The notes: a model not told the origin generated them from the letters alone. A stretch of 64,000 nucleotides of DNA from Hyphomicrobiales bacterium (GCA_028285595.1 JANQOW010000007.1:19036-83035), one strand, 5' to 3'; shown: positions 36,206 to 45,571, numbered from the stretch's first letter. Program-made: numbers and translations.

Positions 36206-37417
36206 ATGTTCAACACCATCACCACCCTGGCCCTTCGTGCCATGTCGACTTTCTACACCCCACAAAAGCCAATCGTTTTTTCTGGCGCGGGATCCACCCG
36301 GAAGCTTGCGGACTTGATGATCCGTGGCGGGCAAAAGCGACCGCTGCTCGTTGCAGATAGTTTTCTGATTAAGAATGGAATGCTCGATGAGCTGATCGCC
36401 TTCATGGAGAGCGAAGGCTGTTCGGTCACTATCTTCGACGGTATCATTCCCAACCCAACTTTCGCAGTGGTTGAAGCTGGGCTGAACGCCAGCAGACAAA
36501 ACAACTGCGACGCAGTGTTTGTCGTGGGCGGTGGCTCTGCGATTGACGCGGCGAAAGTCATGGCATCGGCCAGCACCAGCAAAAAGTCACTTGCCCAACT
36601 CACAGGATTCTTGAAGGTCGATAAACCGCTCCTGCCATTCTACGCCGTCCCGACGACATCGGGGACAGGGTCTGAGGTGACCACTGTGGCGGTGGTGTCG
36701 GACACAGAAACCGGCAAGAAAAAGTTCTTCATCGATCCCAAATACATTCCAATCGCCACGGCGCTCGACACCGATCTCCTCAAGTCCCTGCCAGCCCCCA
36801 TGACAGCGGCAACCGGCATGGATGCACTGACGCACGCTATTGAAGCTTACACATCTCGCGGCCGTCTAGCGGACACTGACCGTGACGCAGCAATGGCGAT
36901 AAAGCTGCTTTTTGAATTCTTGCCGGTGGCGTTCGAGAAGGGCGACGACCTGCACGCACGCGAGATGGTGGCTTTGGGATCATTTCTGGCCGGCTGCTCG
37001 TTCACGAAAGCGGGCCTCGGCTATGTGCACGCGATTTCGCACCAGATAAGCGCGCATTACGACACGCCGCACGGACTGGCAAATGCCGTTATCCTGCCGC
37101 GTGTCTTGCGCTTCAACAAGCCGGTCTGCGCTTCTCGGTTTGCGTCGCTTGAGCGAATGATGAGTGAAGATCAGTCCAAAGCAAGTGACGCAGTGTTGGC
37201 TGATAAATTCATCGCACGTGTCGATGCACTTGCTGAAGCCGTAAACATTCCTTTCAGGCTTTCAGATTTGCAGCCTTCCGATTTTGGGTCCATTGCGAAA
37301 GATGCTCTCTCGGAAGCGCGGTCATCTTATGCCGTCCCCCGCGTTATGAACCGGAATGATATTTATAGAATTCTGGACTCTGCCTGCTCCGGCGAACGCG
37401 ACGTCTCTTTCGCGTAG
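36206..37417 (+). CDS. iron-containing (group III) alcohol dehydrogenase
   Basis: GGGSAIDAAK, TTSGTGSEVT and metal-binding His region HAISHQISAHYDTPHG. Start set at MFNTITT (36206). Confidence 0.85.
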   Translation: MFNTITTLALRAMSTFYTPQKPIVFSGAGSTRKLADLMIRGGQKRPLLVADSFLIKNGMLDELIAFMESEGCSVTIFDGIIPNPTFAVVEAGLNASRQNNCDAVFVVGGGSAIDAAKVMASASTSKKSLAQLTGFLKVDKPLLPFYAVPTTSGTGSEVTTVAVVSDTETGKKKFFIDPKYIPIATALDTDLLKSLPAPMTAATGMDALTHAIEAYTSRGRLADTDRDAAMAIKLLFEFLPVAFEKGDDLHAREMVALGSFLAGCSFTKAGLGYVHAISHQISAHYDTPHGLANAVILPRVLRFNKPVCASRFASLERMMSEDQSKASDAVLADKFIARVDALAEAVNIPFRLSDLQPSDFGSIAKDALSEARSSYAVPRVMNRNDIYRILDSACSGERDVSFA

Positions 37418-37452
37418 CCAGGGTTTCAAGCCCACATTTTGAGGATAACCAG

Positions 37453-37767
37453 ATGATCCCGGTGATGTGTGTCGTTCAACAGGGGCAAATTTCTACCGAA
37501 ACTGAATCGGCCATGAAGGTTGAAATCTGCGAAATTGTGCAGAAAGCCCTGAACAGCATGGCAAAAATTGATTGGATTGAAGTGCCCAAAGGCAGCGGTT
37601 TCACGGCCGCCAAGCCGTCAAATGCGGTGATCACTTCGGTTTACGCAGATAGGCCATTGGCAGAAATCGAACGCAACAGGTTGCTCCAAGAGCTTCGCGA
37701 CACTTGTGCGAGTCGAACGGGAAAATCTCTTTCCGATGTGGTGGCATACGTGCGCGACCCGACATAA
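37453..37767 (+). CDS. tautomerase-superfamily-like small protein lacking N-terminal Pro-1 (Met-Ile-Pro)
   Basis: 104 aa. Paralogous by eye to the next ORF: MIPVMCVVQQGQISTETESAMKVEICEIVQ versus MPLYVCNSVQGTISEEAKEKIAAEITSIQ. Confidence 0.5.
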   Translation: MIPVMCVVQQGQISTETESAMKVEICEIVQKALNSMAKIDWIEVPKGSGFTAAKPSNAVITSVYADRPLAEIERNRLLQELRDTCASRTGKSLSDVVAYVRDPT

Positions 37768-37782
37768 CGGAGACTTATCAAA

Positions 37783-38136
37783 ATGCCCCTCTATGTTTGC
37801 AACTCCGTGCAGGGCACGATCTCTGAGGAAGCTAAGGAGAAAATTGCTGCGGAGATCACAAGTATCCAGTGTGAGGTCATCGGCTCACGGTCAGATCTGG
37901 TGCACATGTTCTTTTTCGAAGATGCGCCGCAGCGGCCACTCAATGGGATGCGGGTGCTTCTGTTCGGAAGTATCCGCGGTGAGCGGAGTGACGAGGAAAA
38001 GCATGCGCTGGCCGTGCAGATGAAACGGTCCATTCAGACACACGCTGATGTTGCGTTGAACGAAATCATCGTCGATGTGTCTGATGTTCCATCCGGTTGG
38101 GTTCTGGAGGGTAGTGGTACCTTGCTCCAACCCTGA
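37783..38136 (+). CDS. tautomerase family protein (4-OT superfamily, long form) with Pro-1
   Basis: 117 aa starting MPLYVC.... Beta-alpha-beta-like repeat pattern. Confidence 0.6.
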   Translation: MPLYVCNSVQGTISEEAKEKIAAEITSIQCEVIGSRSDLVHMFFFEDAPQRPLNGMRVLLFGSIRGERSDEEKHALAVQMKRSIQTHADVALNEIIVDVSDVPSGWVLEGSGTLLQP

Positions 38137-38233
38137 GATGTACGGGCGCACCGGGAAAAACGAACCTGTCGAAGCTCCGAACTTCAGAGCTAGTTTCCTA
38201 AAGCTTCATATCGCTCGGCAGGATGGCGTCGTT

Positions 38234-39268
38234 CTATGCGTTGATTTTGCTTGAGTCTTTTCTTCGAACTTCGCCAGGTGTCGTGCCAAACTTCTTGGAG
38301 AATGCCCGCACGAAGCTTGCGGTTTCTGAGTAACCTACACGCCAGGCAACGGTCTCGACATTAAGGCCGGCGCTTTCGAGAAGCTCATTGGCAAGCATCA
38401 TCCGGACATCAGTGTAAAGGTGGCGAAAGCTGGTGCCTTCTTCGGTTAGCCGGCGGCGGAGCGTCCTCTCCGTCACGGCCAGCCGCTCGGCAATATCCTC
38501 AATCTTTTGCTCCATCCCGATCCCGTCAACGACCGCATCTCGCACTTTTTGCGACCATGGAGGAAGCGTGCCGCCAATTTGCTCTAGCAGCATTTTGCAC
38601 TGATCAAGACAATAGTTCAGTGTGACCGGGTCAGATTTTGGGAGCGTGGTGCTGAGGGACTCTGCTGGAAATGCGAGGGCATTCCTTGTGCTGGAACTCA
38701 TCACGGGAATCTGCATTACAGCCGAAAGCTCTCGAGCATAAGATGTGTCCGCGTCTGTGGTCCACAACTCGAAACCTTCGAATTCTGGATCCTGCAACAA
38801 TTCGCTAATGAATGTCATGCCGACTGTCGAGTGGCGTTCTAGGATAAATCTGTGAATCGTCTCCGGCAGGCCCGACATACCGAATTCCAGAAATGCCAAG
38901 CCATCGTTTTCATCCATTGCCAAGTCTGAGAGGATTGATGAGAGCTTCGCATACTCGACCGCAGTCTCAACAGCGGCCCTAAGCGTTGGGCTGGTCAGGA
39001 TCGCAAAACCCCAAATGCCGAACGCGTGGACATGCATTCTGCGAGCGAACTTAGTTCCTAATCCGGCATCTTTGGGCGCCAGCCGAACGAAGTTTTCGAT
39101 TGCTTGAACTTCCTGCTCTGCCGCGAACAAAGCAGATGGCTCAGTTAAGTTTGAAGGGTCCACCCCGGTGTTTTCAAGACAGGCTGCCGTACCTATGCCC
39201 ATCTCTTCTGCAATCTCGCAGAGCAATCTTAAGGTCGTAGCTGTACGGGTGTTACTTTGTACAATCAT
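38234..39268 (-). CDS. AraC family transcriptional regulator (AraC_binding_2-type N-terminal domain)
   Basis: 344 aa with a C-terminal double HTH (...IEDIAERLAVTERTLRRRLTEEGTSFRHLYTDVRMMLANELL...VGYSETASFVRAFSKKFGTTPGEVR). Confidence 0.9.
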   Translation of the reverse strand: MIVQSNTRTATTLRLLCEIAEEMGIGTAACLENTGVDPSNLTEPSALFAAEQEVQAIENFVRLAPKDAGLGTKFARRMHVHAFGIWGFAILTSPTLRAAVETAVEYAKLSSILSDLAMDENDGLAFLEFGMSGLPETIHRFILERHSTVGMTFISELLQDPEFEGFELWTTDADTSYARELSAVMQIPVMSSSTRNALAFPAESLSTTLPKSDPVTLNYCLDQCKMLLEQIGGTLPPWSQKVRDAVVDGIGMEQKIEDIAERLAVTERTLRRRLTEEGTSFRHLYTDVRMMLANELLESAGLNVETVAWRVGYSETASFVRAFSKKFGTTPGEVRRKDSSKINA

Positions 39269-39505
39269 TGGCCGAACCTAACTTCCTCGGTCCAACATAT
39301 CAAACATAGAATTAGATTGCTAAGTTGTTGCTTTGACACCCAGAAGCAAACTTTCTGCAGGCTGTCCAGTTCCCAATGTCTGGGCCATCAACAGCAAAGA
39401 GCTTGCGAGCCGCTCACTTGCGGTCTTGCGATCAAGTGCAAGCATCCAGTCTCGGGTGCATGAATTGTCACGTGAATTCCTCTCAAGAATGTTTGCTATT
39501 GCGTT

Positions 39506-39946
39506 TTAGCCGGCATCTTGAACCTTTTCATCGCCGATGCGACGAAGCACTTCGAACAAAAAGGCAGTCTCCAGCCCAAACAAAATGAACCCTCCGGTCG
39601 CGATGAATCCCGAGAACATCCCCCACTTGATCGGAAGGGTTATGTCCCCAAATCCCAAAGTGGTGAACGCAATCATAGTAAAATATAGTGACGTGTATAG
39701 GTCATCGAACAGCCCAAAGAGGCAAAGCAGGATTGCCCAAAGCAGCATCACGACGAACATTCCGAGAGAGAGCCAAAAGGCCATAAATGTCAGCGTAGCC
39801 ACTTGATTGGCCAAAGAGAAAGTGCCCGCAATCCTGATCGCAATGGCTTCAAGGAGTTTCTTGCCTATAATTATCATGAATGAGATGGTCGCAATGCTGA
39901 TTGCCAACATGACGGCACCAACGGCGGCTTGAATGACTACGTTCAT
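39506..39946 (-). CDS. small potassium-channel-like protein (Ion_trans_2)
   Basis: 146 aa with selectivity-filter-like TTLGFGD between hydrophobic helices. AGGAGAA RBS. Confidence 0.75.
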   Translation of the reverse strand: MNVVIQAAVGAVMLAISIATISFMIIIGKKLLEAIAIRIAGTFSLANQVATLTFMAFWLSLGMFVVMLLWAILLCLFGLFDDLYTSLYFTMIAFTTLGFGDITLPIKWGMFSGFIATGGFILFGLETAFLFEVLRRIGDEKVQDAG

Positions 39947-40261
39947 TTCCGTTCTCCTGCGGAAGCCTCACCGGCCATAAGCCGCTTGGTATGTTGGTCG
40001 GTGAAATCAACAAACCACACGATTTCCGCTCGCCCTTCTTCGGTGTAGAGCAGCACATCATTGGTTCGGCTGTGAGCGGGCTGAAGGCGTTGTGACATTT
40101 GACGAAGCCTGTGGTTCGAACTCTAAGCTCTATCGTCACAAAGGAATTGGTGAGTTCCCATGTCTTTTGCGGACAGTTGTTTGACAATTCCAGCCATCGC
40201 GTTGGCGATTGTCTCGGGCCCTATCGGCGTGGAGGTCGGCTGAGATCCAACACGGCCGCCG

Positions 40262-40300
40262 TGTCCGAAACTATCAAAAGTTTGTCCGGCGCTGACATGT
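40262..40300 (+). promoter_or_regulatory. 27-bp element with TGTCCG direct repeat at 21-bp spacing, plus GACATGT (copy B)
   Basis: TGTCCGAAACTATCAAAAGTTTGTCCG at 40262-40288, then 5 nt, then GACATGT at 40294-40300. It lies 137 nt upstream of the RND adaptor start, in the divergent K-channel/RND intergenic region. Confidence 0.55.
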
Positions 40301-40424
40301 TGGCCGAACTCCCACTTAGCGATGATGCATCCACGTACTGATCGCGCTGTGTGGCCGGACCGGAGCCGTTGAAACGGAAAGCGCGTGACAATGAAGTGCC
40401 CAACCTTTGACGGGAGCAAGAGCT

Positions 40425-41540
40425 ATGAAGGCATCCACAATTCTTACACCAGCGATCGCGGCTCTATCTTTGTTTGTGCTCGCCGCGTGCGATTCAGAAG
40501 AACCTGCCACCAAACCAACCCCGGTTCGTCCGGTGCTATCGATGGTCGTGGCGGACGTGGAAGCAATTCGGCTGTCTACATATCCCGGCCGCGCAAAAGC
40601 AGTTCACGAGGTCAACGTTGGATTTGAGGTGCCTGGCAAGATGCTGAGCCGGCCGGTCAAGGTCGGCTCAAAAGTGAAGGCCGGGGACGTTTTGGGTATT
40701 CTCGATACTGCTCCCTACAAAGCGCGAGTTCGCGCATTGGAAGGACAAAGAGCATCGCTCTTGGCCAATCTCAAGAACGCCAGACTGGAACTCAAGCGCC
40801 GGGAAGATCTGGCCCAGAAGGGTTTTGTCGCCCAGGCGCGCGTGGATGATCAAGTTGCGGTCGTCAACTCCACACTCGCAAACATTGAAGCAACAGAGGG
40901 TTCGTTGGATGAAGCACGGCTCAATCTGAGATACACGAGCCTTGTTGCGCCATTCGATGGCACGGTCTCCGAAACCTTCATCGACAACTTTCAGAACGTC
41001 AACGCGCGACAGCCCGTAGTTCGATTGCTCGACACGTCGAAAATTGAGATGGAGATTGCCGTTCCGGAAAACCTGATTGGTCTGGAACCTTATGTTGAAA
41101 GCGTCGAGGTCGTGTTCTCCAGCCTGAAGGACGTCACAATTCCCGCGAAGATCGCGCGCATTGGCAACGAAGCATCGACCACAACCCGCACCTATCCTGT
41201 CACCCTGATTATGGAGCAGCCGAAAGCCGGTACAATTCAGCCAGGTATGGCCGGCCAGGCAACAGCAAAGATCCGGTTGCCTGAAGATTGGCAAAAGACC
41301 GGCATTAAGGTCCCGGCCAGCGCGGTGTTTTCCCCAGACGCGAACAAGCCTTCCGAGACGTTCGTTTGGATCATCGAATCTCAACCCATGAAAGTTGTGA
41401 CCAAGCGCGTCACCATCAAGTCATTCACTGAGCGCGGCCTGCTTGTAACCGGACTCAATGCCGGCGACCGGATCGTTACGGCTGGTGTCAACACGCTGAC
41501 CGACGGCCAGGTGGTCAGACTTCTTAAAGATGTGGAGTAG
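40425..41540 (+). CDS. efflux RND transporter periplasmic adaptor (MFP) lipoprotein
   Basis: Lipobox LFVLAAC. HlyD-like coiled-coil and beta-barrel pattern. Start at MKASTIL. Confidence 0.88.
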   Translation: MKASTILTPAIAALSLFVLAACDSEEPATKPTPVRPVLSMVVADVEAIRLSTYPGRAKAVHEVNVGFEVPGKMLSRPVKVGSKVKAGDVLGILDTAPYKARVRALEGQRASLLANLKNARLELKRREDLAQKGFVAQARVDDQVAVVNSTLANIEATEGSLDEARLNLRYTSLVAPFDGTVSETFIDNFQNVNARQPVVRLLDTSKIEMEIAVPENLIGLEPYVESVEVVFSSLKDVTIPAKIARIGNEASTTTRTYPVTLIMEQPKAGTIQPGMAGQATAKIRLPEDWQKTGIKVPASAVFSPDANKPSETFVWIIESQPMKVVTKRVTIKSFTERGLLVTGLNAGDRIVTAGVNTLTDGQVVRLLKDVE

Positions 41541-41544
41541 TTCA

Positions 41545-44500
41545 ATGTCTCTTCCTGCCTTCGCCATAAAGAACCGGGCCGTAACCTATTTCTCATTGTT
41601 CCTGCTCCTCGTGATTGGAGCATTTGCGTACCTTCAGCTAGGACAATTGGAAGAACCGGAGTTCACCGTAAAGACCGCTTTGGTCGTCACGCAGTACCCC
41701 GGCGCGAGTCCAAAAGAAGTCGAACTTGAGGTAACCGACAAGATTGAAACTGCAATCCAGGAACTGCCGGAGCTCGAATTCCTCACGTCGTTCTCTCATG
41801 CCGGGTTGTCCATTGTTCAAGTCGAGATCAAGCAGGAGTTCTGGAGCGATCGACTTCCCCAGGTTTGGGACAAGTTGCGTCACAAGGTCAATGACACCAG
41901 AGCGCAACTGCCGCCAGGCGTTGGAGCGCCGAATGTTGTTGATGACTTCAGCTTCGTCTATGGCTTCGTCCTTGCCGTGACGGGAGATGGTTTCAAGTAT
42001 GAAGAGCTTGAAAAACACGTCAAAGACATTCGCAAAGAGCTAAGCCTGGTGAATGGCGTTGCGCGGGTGGAAACGTGGGGTCTCCAACCTAAAGCGATCT
42101 ACCTGGATGTGTCTGAGCAAAAACTGGTTGACCTCGGAATATCTACGCTGGACTTCGTGAACACGCTGAACGTGCAGAATCAGGTCGTGGACTCAGGTTC
42201 GCTCGAAATCAATGAACGGCGCATGAGGGTTGCGCAAACTGGACAATTCAAAGCGCCGGAGGATATTGGAAACCTGCGTTTGAGGCCCACCTTTCGGGAC
42301 CGCATTGCAGACGCCCTTCAGGCATTGCCAGCCACCAGGCCTTTGGTGACGGAACGAAGCTCTGATGTCGTTCGCGTTCGCGACATCGCTAAAGTCCATC
42401 AAGGTTACATCGAACCACGGCTGACGGAGATGCGATTTAACGGTCAACTCGCCATTGGGCTTTCAATCGCCAACGTGGCCGGAGGAAACATCGTCGACAC
42501 CGGCAAGAACCTGTCTGCTGCCTTGGAGGAGATTACGTCCAGACTGCCGGTTGGGATTGAGATCCATAAAGTGAGTTGGCAGAGCGATCTCGTCTCTGAA
42601 TCGATCGACTCATTCACGATCAGTCTGCTCGAAGCGGTCCTCATCGTTCTTGTGGTGATCTCTCTGTTCATGGGATGGCGCATGGGATTGATCATCGGCA
42701 GTGCTCTGCTGCTGACGATCCTTGCAACCTTCATCGTCATGGTGGTTCTGAAGATCGATCTGCATCGGGTATCGCTGGGTGCTCTGGTCATTGCACTCGG
42801 TATGATGGTCGACAACGCCATTGTTGTCGCAGATGGAATGGCGACCAGACTCAAGAAAGGAATGGGGAGACTGGAGGCTGCGATCGAATCCGCCTCACGG
42901 CCCAGTATCGCGCTTTTAGGGGCGACTATTGTTGCGGCTATGGCGTTCTTCCCAATCTATGCATCAAGTTCGGATGTGGGTGAGTACGCTGGATCGCTCT
43001 TTGTGGTCGTTGCTGTTTCATTGGTGCTCAGTTGGGTCATCGCCATGACCATAACTCCCCTGATGTGTTTGGACATGGTCAAGCTGCCCGAGACCCCTGG
43101 AGGACAAAGGGAAAGCATTCTGCTTGGGCTGTTCCGTCGGATTTTGACGCTTTGTCTTAGGTTTAGAGTGGTTACAACGCTCGTCATGATCGGATTGCTC
43201 GGCATTTCAATCGCCGGATTCGGCTATGTGGAGCGGGTGTTCTTCACTGACGCAACACGCCAACAGTTCATGATGGATATTTGGGCCGAACAGGGCACAA
43301 CCATCGCACAAACGTCGCAACTTGCGAGGCGTGTTGAGAAAAAATTGAGAGATGATCCGCGTGTCGAGAGTGTTACGACTTTCATTGGATCTGGTGGGCC
43401 GCGCTTCTATCTGCCGGTTGATCCGGAGTTTCCTAATGCAAGCTATGCTCAGCTCGTGGTGAATACGTCTACACTTGAAGGGGTCAATCCTCTGGTTGAT
43501 TCACTCAAGGCTTGGGCGAAAGAGGCTATGCCAGAAGCGCTTGTGCGCTTGCGGAAGTACTCTGTGGGGCCGGGCAACACCTGGCCGTTCGAAGCGCGGT
43601 TCAGCGGCCCTGCCAACGCGGATCCACAGGTTCTCAGAACGCTTGCCGAGCAGGGCAAAGCGATCCTTCGCGCAACACCGCACGCTAAAGACATCCGCAG
43701 CGACATGCGAAACCGAGCACCCAAGATCGTGGCCGAATATGATCAATTGACGGGCGTGTGGACGGGTGTTTCTCGCCGCGACATTGCGAACGCATTCCGC
43801 ATCGGGTTCGACGGCTTGCCTGTCGGTGTTTACCGGGAGAAGGACGATCTGATGCGGATTGTGTTGCGTCGGAACAAGCAGGAACGGGACGTGGTGGCAC
43901 GAGACGTGGAGAAGATACAGATCTCACCACCGCTCAGCACGAAAAGTGTTCCGCTGTCCGCAGTCACAAGTGGCACCAATGTGGAGTTGGAGGATCCCAC
44001 CATCGTTCGCTGGAACCGGCGCCGCTCGGTGGCCGTGCAAGCCAGTCCTGATGGAGTAACCTTGCCCAGTCTGGTTGAAGAGGTTAGAGCGGAGTTTGAA
44101 GCCATCAAACTCCCCCCTGGATACAAGCTGGAATGGCGGGGTGAAACCTACAGCACGGCTGATGCTCAGGATTCGTTGAAGCCGGGCGCTGCACCCGCCT
44201 TGGTGATCATGGTGTTCCTGGTGGTGGCACTGTTCAACGCGTTCCGTCCCACGATCGTTATCTTTGCCGTCGTTCCATTCGCCTTGATCGGTATCACAGG
44301 TGGCCTGCTGCTGTTCAATCAACCCTTCTCCTTCATGGCGCTGCTTGGGGCAATGAGTTTGGTGGGATTGATGATCAAGAATGCCATCGTTCTTTTGGAA
44401 GAAGTGAATGTCAATTTAGAGAAGGGCATGGAACGATACGATGCCCTCACGGAGGCCGCCGTTTCCCGTTTCAGTCCAGTCCTTTTGGGTGCTGGAACGA

Positions 44501-44676
44501 CGATCTTTGGTGTGCTCCCGCTCCTGCAGGACATTTTCTGGGTCGCGATGGCAACCACAATTGCCGCCGGCCTGACCTTCGGCACCATTGTGACGATGAT
44601 CCTTGTGCCGGTGTTCTACGCCCTGTTCCACGGCATTACCGAGAACACCCAAGCTAAGGATCTCACCGCTGCTTAG
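41545..44676 (+). CDS. efflux RND transporter permease (AcrB/HAE1-like)
   Basis: About 1043 aa, 12-TM AcrB architecture. Start MSLPAFAIKNRAV lies 4 nt after the adaptor stop. Confidence 0.92.
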   Translation: MSLPAFAIKNRAVTYFSLFLLLVIGAFAYLQLGQLEEPEFTVKTALVVTQYPGASPKEVELEVTDKIETAIQELPELEFLTSFSHAGLSIVQVEIKQEFWSDRLPQVWDKLRHKVNDTRAQLPPGVGAPNVVDDFSFVYGFVLAVTGDGFKYEELEKHVKDIRKELSLVNGVARVETWGLQPKAIYLDVSEQKLVDLGISTLDFVNTLNVQNQVVDSGSLEINERRMRVAQTGQFKAPEDIGNLRLRPTFRDRIADALQALPATRPLVTERSSDVVRVRDIAKVHQGYIEPRLTEMRFNGQLAIGLSIANVAGGNIVDTGKNLSAALEEITSRLPVGIEIHKVSWQSDLVSESIDSFTISLLEAVLIVLVVISLFMGWRMGLIIGSALLLTILATFIVMVVLKIDLHRVSLGALVIALGMMVDNAIVVADGMATRLKKGMGRLEAAIESASRPSIALLGATIVAAMAFFPIYASSSDVGEYAGSLFVVVAVSLVLSWVIAMTITPLMCLDMVKLPETPGGQRESILLGLFRRILTLCLRFRVVTTLVMIGLLGISIAGFGYVERVFFTDATRQQFMMDIWAEQGTTIAQTSQLARRVEKKLRDDPRVESVTTFIGSGGPRFYLPVDPEFPNASYAQLVVNTSTLEGVNPLVDSLKAWAKEAMPEALVRLRKYSVGPGNTWPFEARFSGPANADPQVLRTLAEQGKAILRATPHAKDIRSDMRNRAPKIVAEYDQLTGVWTGVSRRDIANAFRIGFDGLPVGVYREKDDLMRIVLRRNKQERDVVARDVEKIQISPPLSTKSVPLSAVTSGTNVELEDPTIVRWNRRRSVAVQASPDGVTLPSLVEEVRAEFEAIKLPPGYKLEWRGETYSTADAQDSLKPGAAPALVIMVFLVVALFNAFRPTIVIFAVVPFALIGITGGLLLFNQPFSFMALLGAMSLVGLMIKNAIVLLEEVNVNLEKGMERYDALTEAAVSRFSPVLLGAGTTIFGVLPLLQDIFWVAMATTIAAGLTFGTIVTMILVPVFYALFHGITENTQAKDLTAA

Positions 44677-44886
44677 GTTGGTCAGATAGAAGGCCTCCAG
44701 GTAAGTGCCGTACCCCTACTGCTCACAGGAACTGCTGAAGCGCAGCTCACTGCGGACTGATCGGACGAACTGCTGACGGTCAGCATCCAAGCACCGCCGA
44801 ATAGCTCACCTGGGAGTGAGTTGGTGTGGCCGCCTGTTTGGACGAGTGCTCGATGAAGAGGTGAGTTTAGAAGGACCTGTCAGGCG

Positions 44887-45489
44887 ATGAGATTGCCAAT
44901 CCAGACGAGACTGCGTAACGGCACAAACGTGCTCATCAGGCCTCTTGTACCTGACGACGCTCAGTTCTTGATTGATGGATTTGAGCGGTTGTCATCTCAA
45001 TCAAGGTTTCAGCGGTTCTTCCGACCGGTTTCAAGGCTGAGCGGCGCTCTGCTTGAGCAACTGGCCGATGTTGGTCATGCAGGACACGAGGCGGTTTCTG
45101 CATTCGCGTTTGCAGATGGGCGAATGGTGCCGCTCGGAGTTGCGAGGTACGTCCGATCCCCTTCCAATGCGAGTACGGCTGAAGTTGCGATAACTGTTGT
45201 CGATGAGCACCAGCGAACGGGACTTGGTTCGTTGCTACTCCGCTGCCTGGCTTATCGCGCCAAGGTGAACAAAATCTCGGAGTTCACGGCTCATGTGCTT
45301 CAAGATAACGCCGGCATGATTGCGATCTTCAGGCAGCTGGGCAGTACGATCGTCCCAACTGATGATGGCACGTTCAAAGTTCGCTTTACAATTCCAGAAG
45401 GCATCACGGCGCTATCAGATGATGCCAGTCCCAAGGACCTTTTCAGGCGAGTCTCTGAAGACCAACTGGAGACAAGAAGCCGGGCATGA
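44887..45489 (+). CDS. GNAT family N-acetyltransferase (Pat-type GNAT domain, stand-alone)
   Basis: IRPLVPDDAQFLIDGFERLSSQSRFQRFF...VVDEHQRTGLGSLLL resembles the acetyltransferase domain of protein lysine acetyltransferases. Confidence 0.75.
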   Translation: MRLPIQTRLRNGTNVLIRPLVPDDAQFLIDGFERLSSQSRFQRFFRPVSRLSGALLEQLADVGHAGHEAVSAFAFADGRMVPLGVARYVRSPSNASTAEVAITVVDEHQRTGLGSLLLRCLAYRAKVNKISEFTAHVLQDNAGMIAIFRQLGSTIVPTDDGTFKVRFTIPEGITALSDDASPKDLFRRVSEDQLETRSRA

Positions 45490-45571
45490 TCCGGTCCGCA
45501 AGGAAGACCGGGCGTGACTATTGCCGATTTGACAAACAGCCTCACGCTCATTCACCAGTTGGGCGCTTTCG

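Noticed and set aside
39491-39504. TTTGCTATTG 10-mer matching the LysR-operator-like repeat at 11012-11021
   Set aside because: A single 10-mer match with no flanking similarity to the 36-bp element. It lies downstream of a channel gene, not in a comparable promoter position, and is plausibly chance in 128 kb of two-strand sequence.
40123-40419. 98-aa minus-strand ORF as an intact gene
   Set aside because: Its start would lie 6 nt from the divergent RND adaptor start codon, leaving no promoter room. It ends at an in-frame TAG within a longer open frame and contains the 27-bp regulatory-looking element. It was kept only as a possible dead frame.
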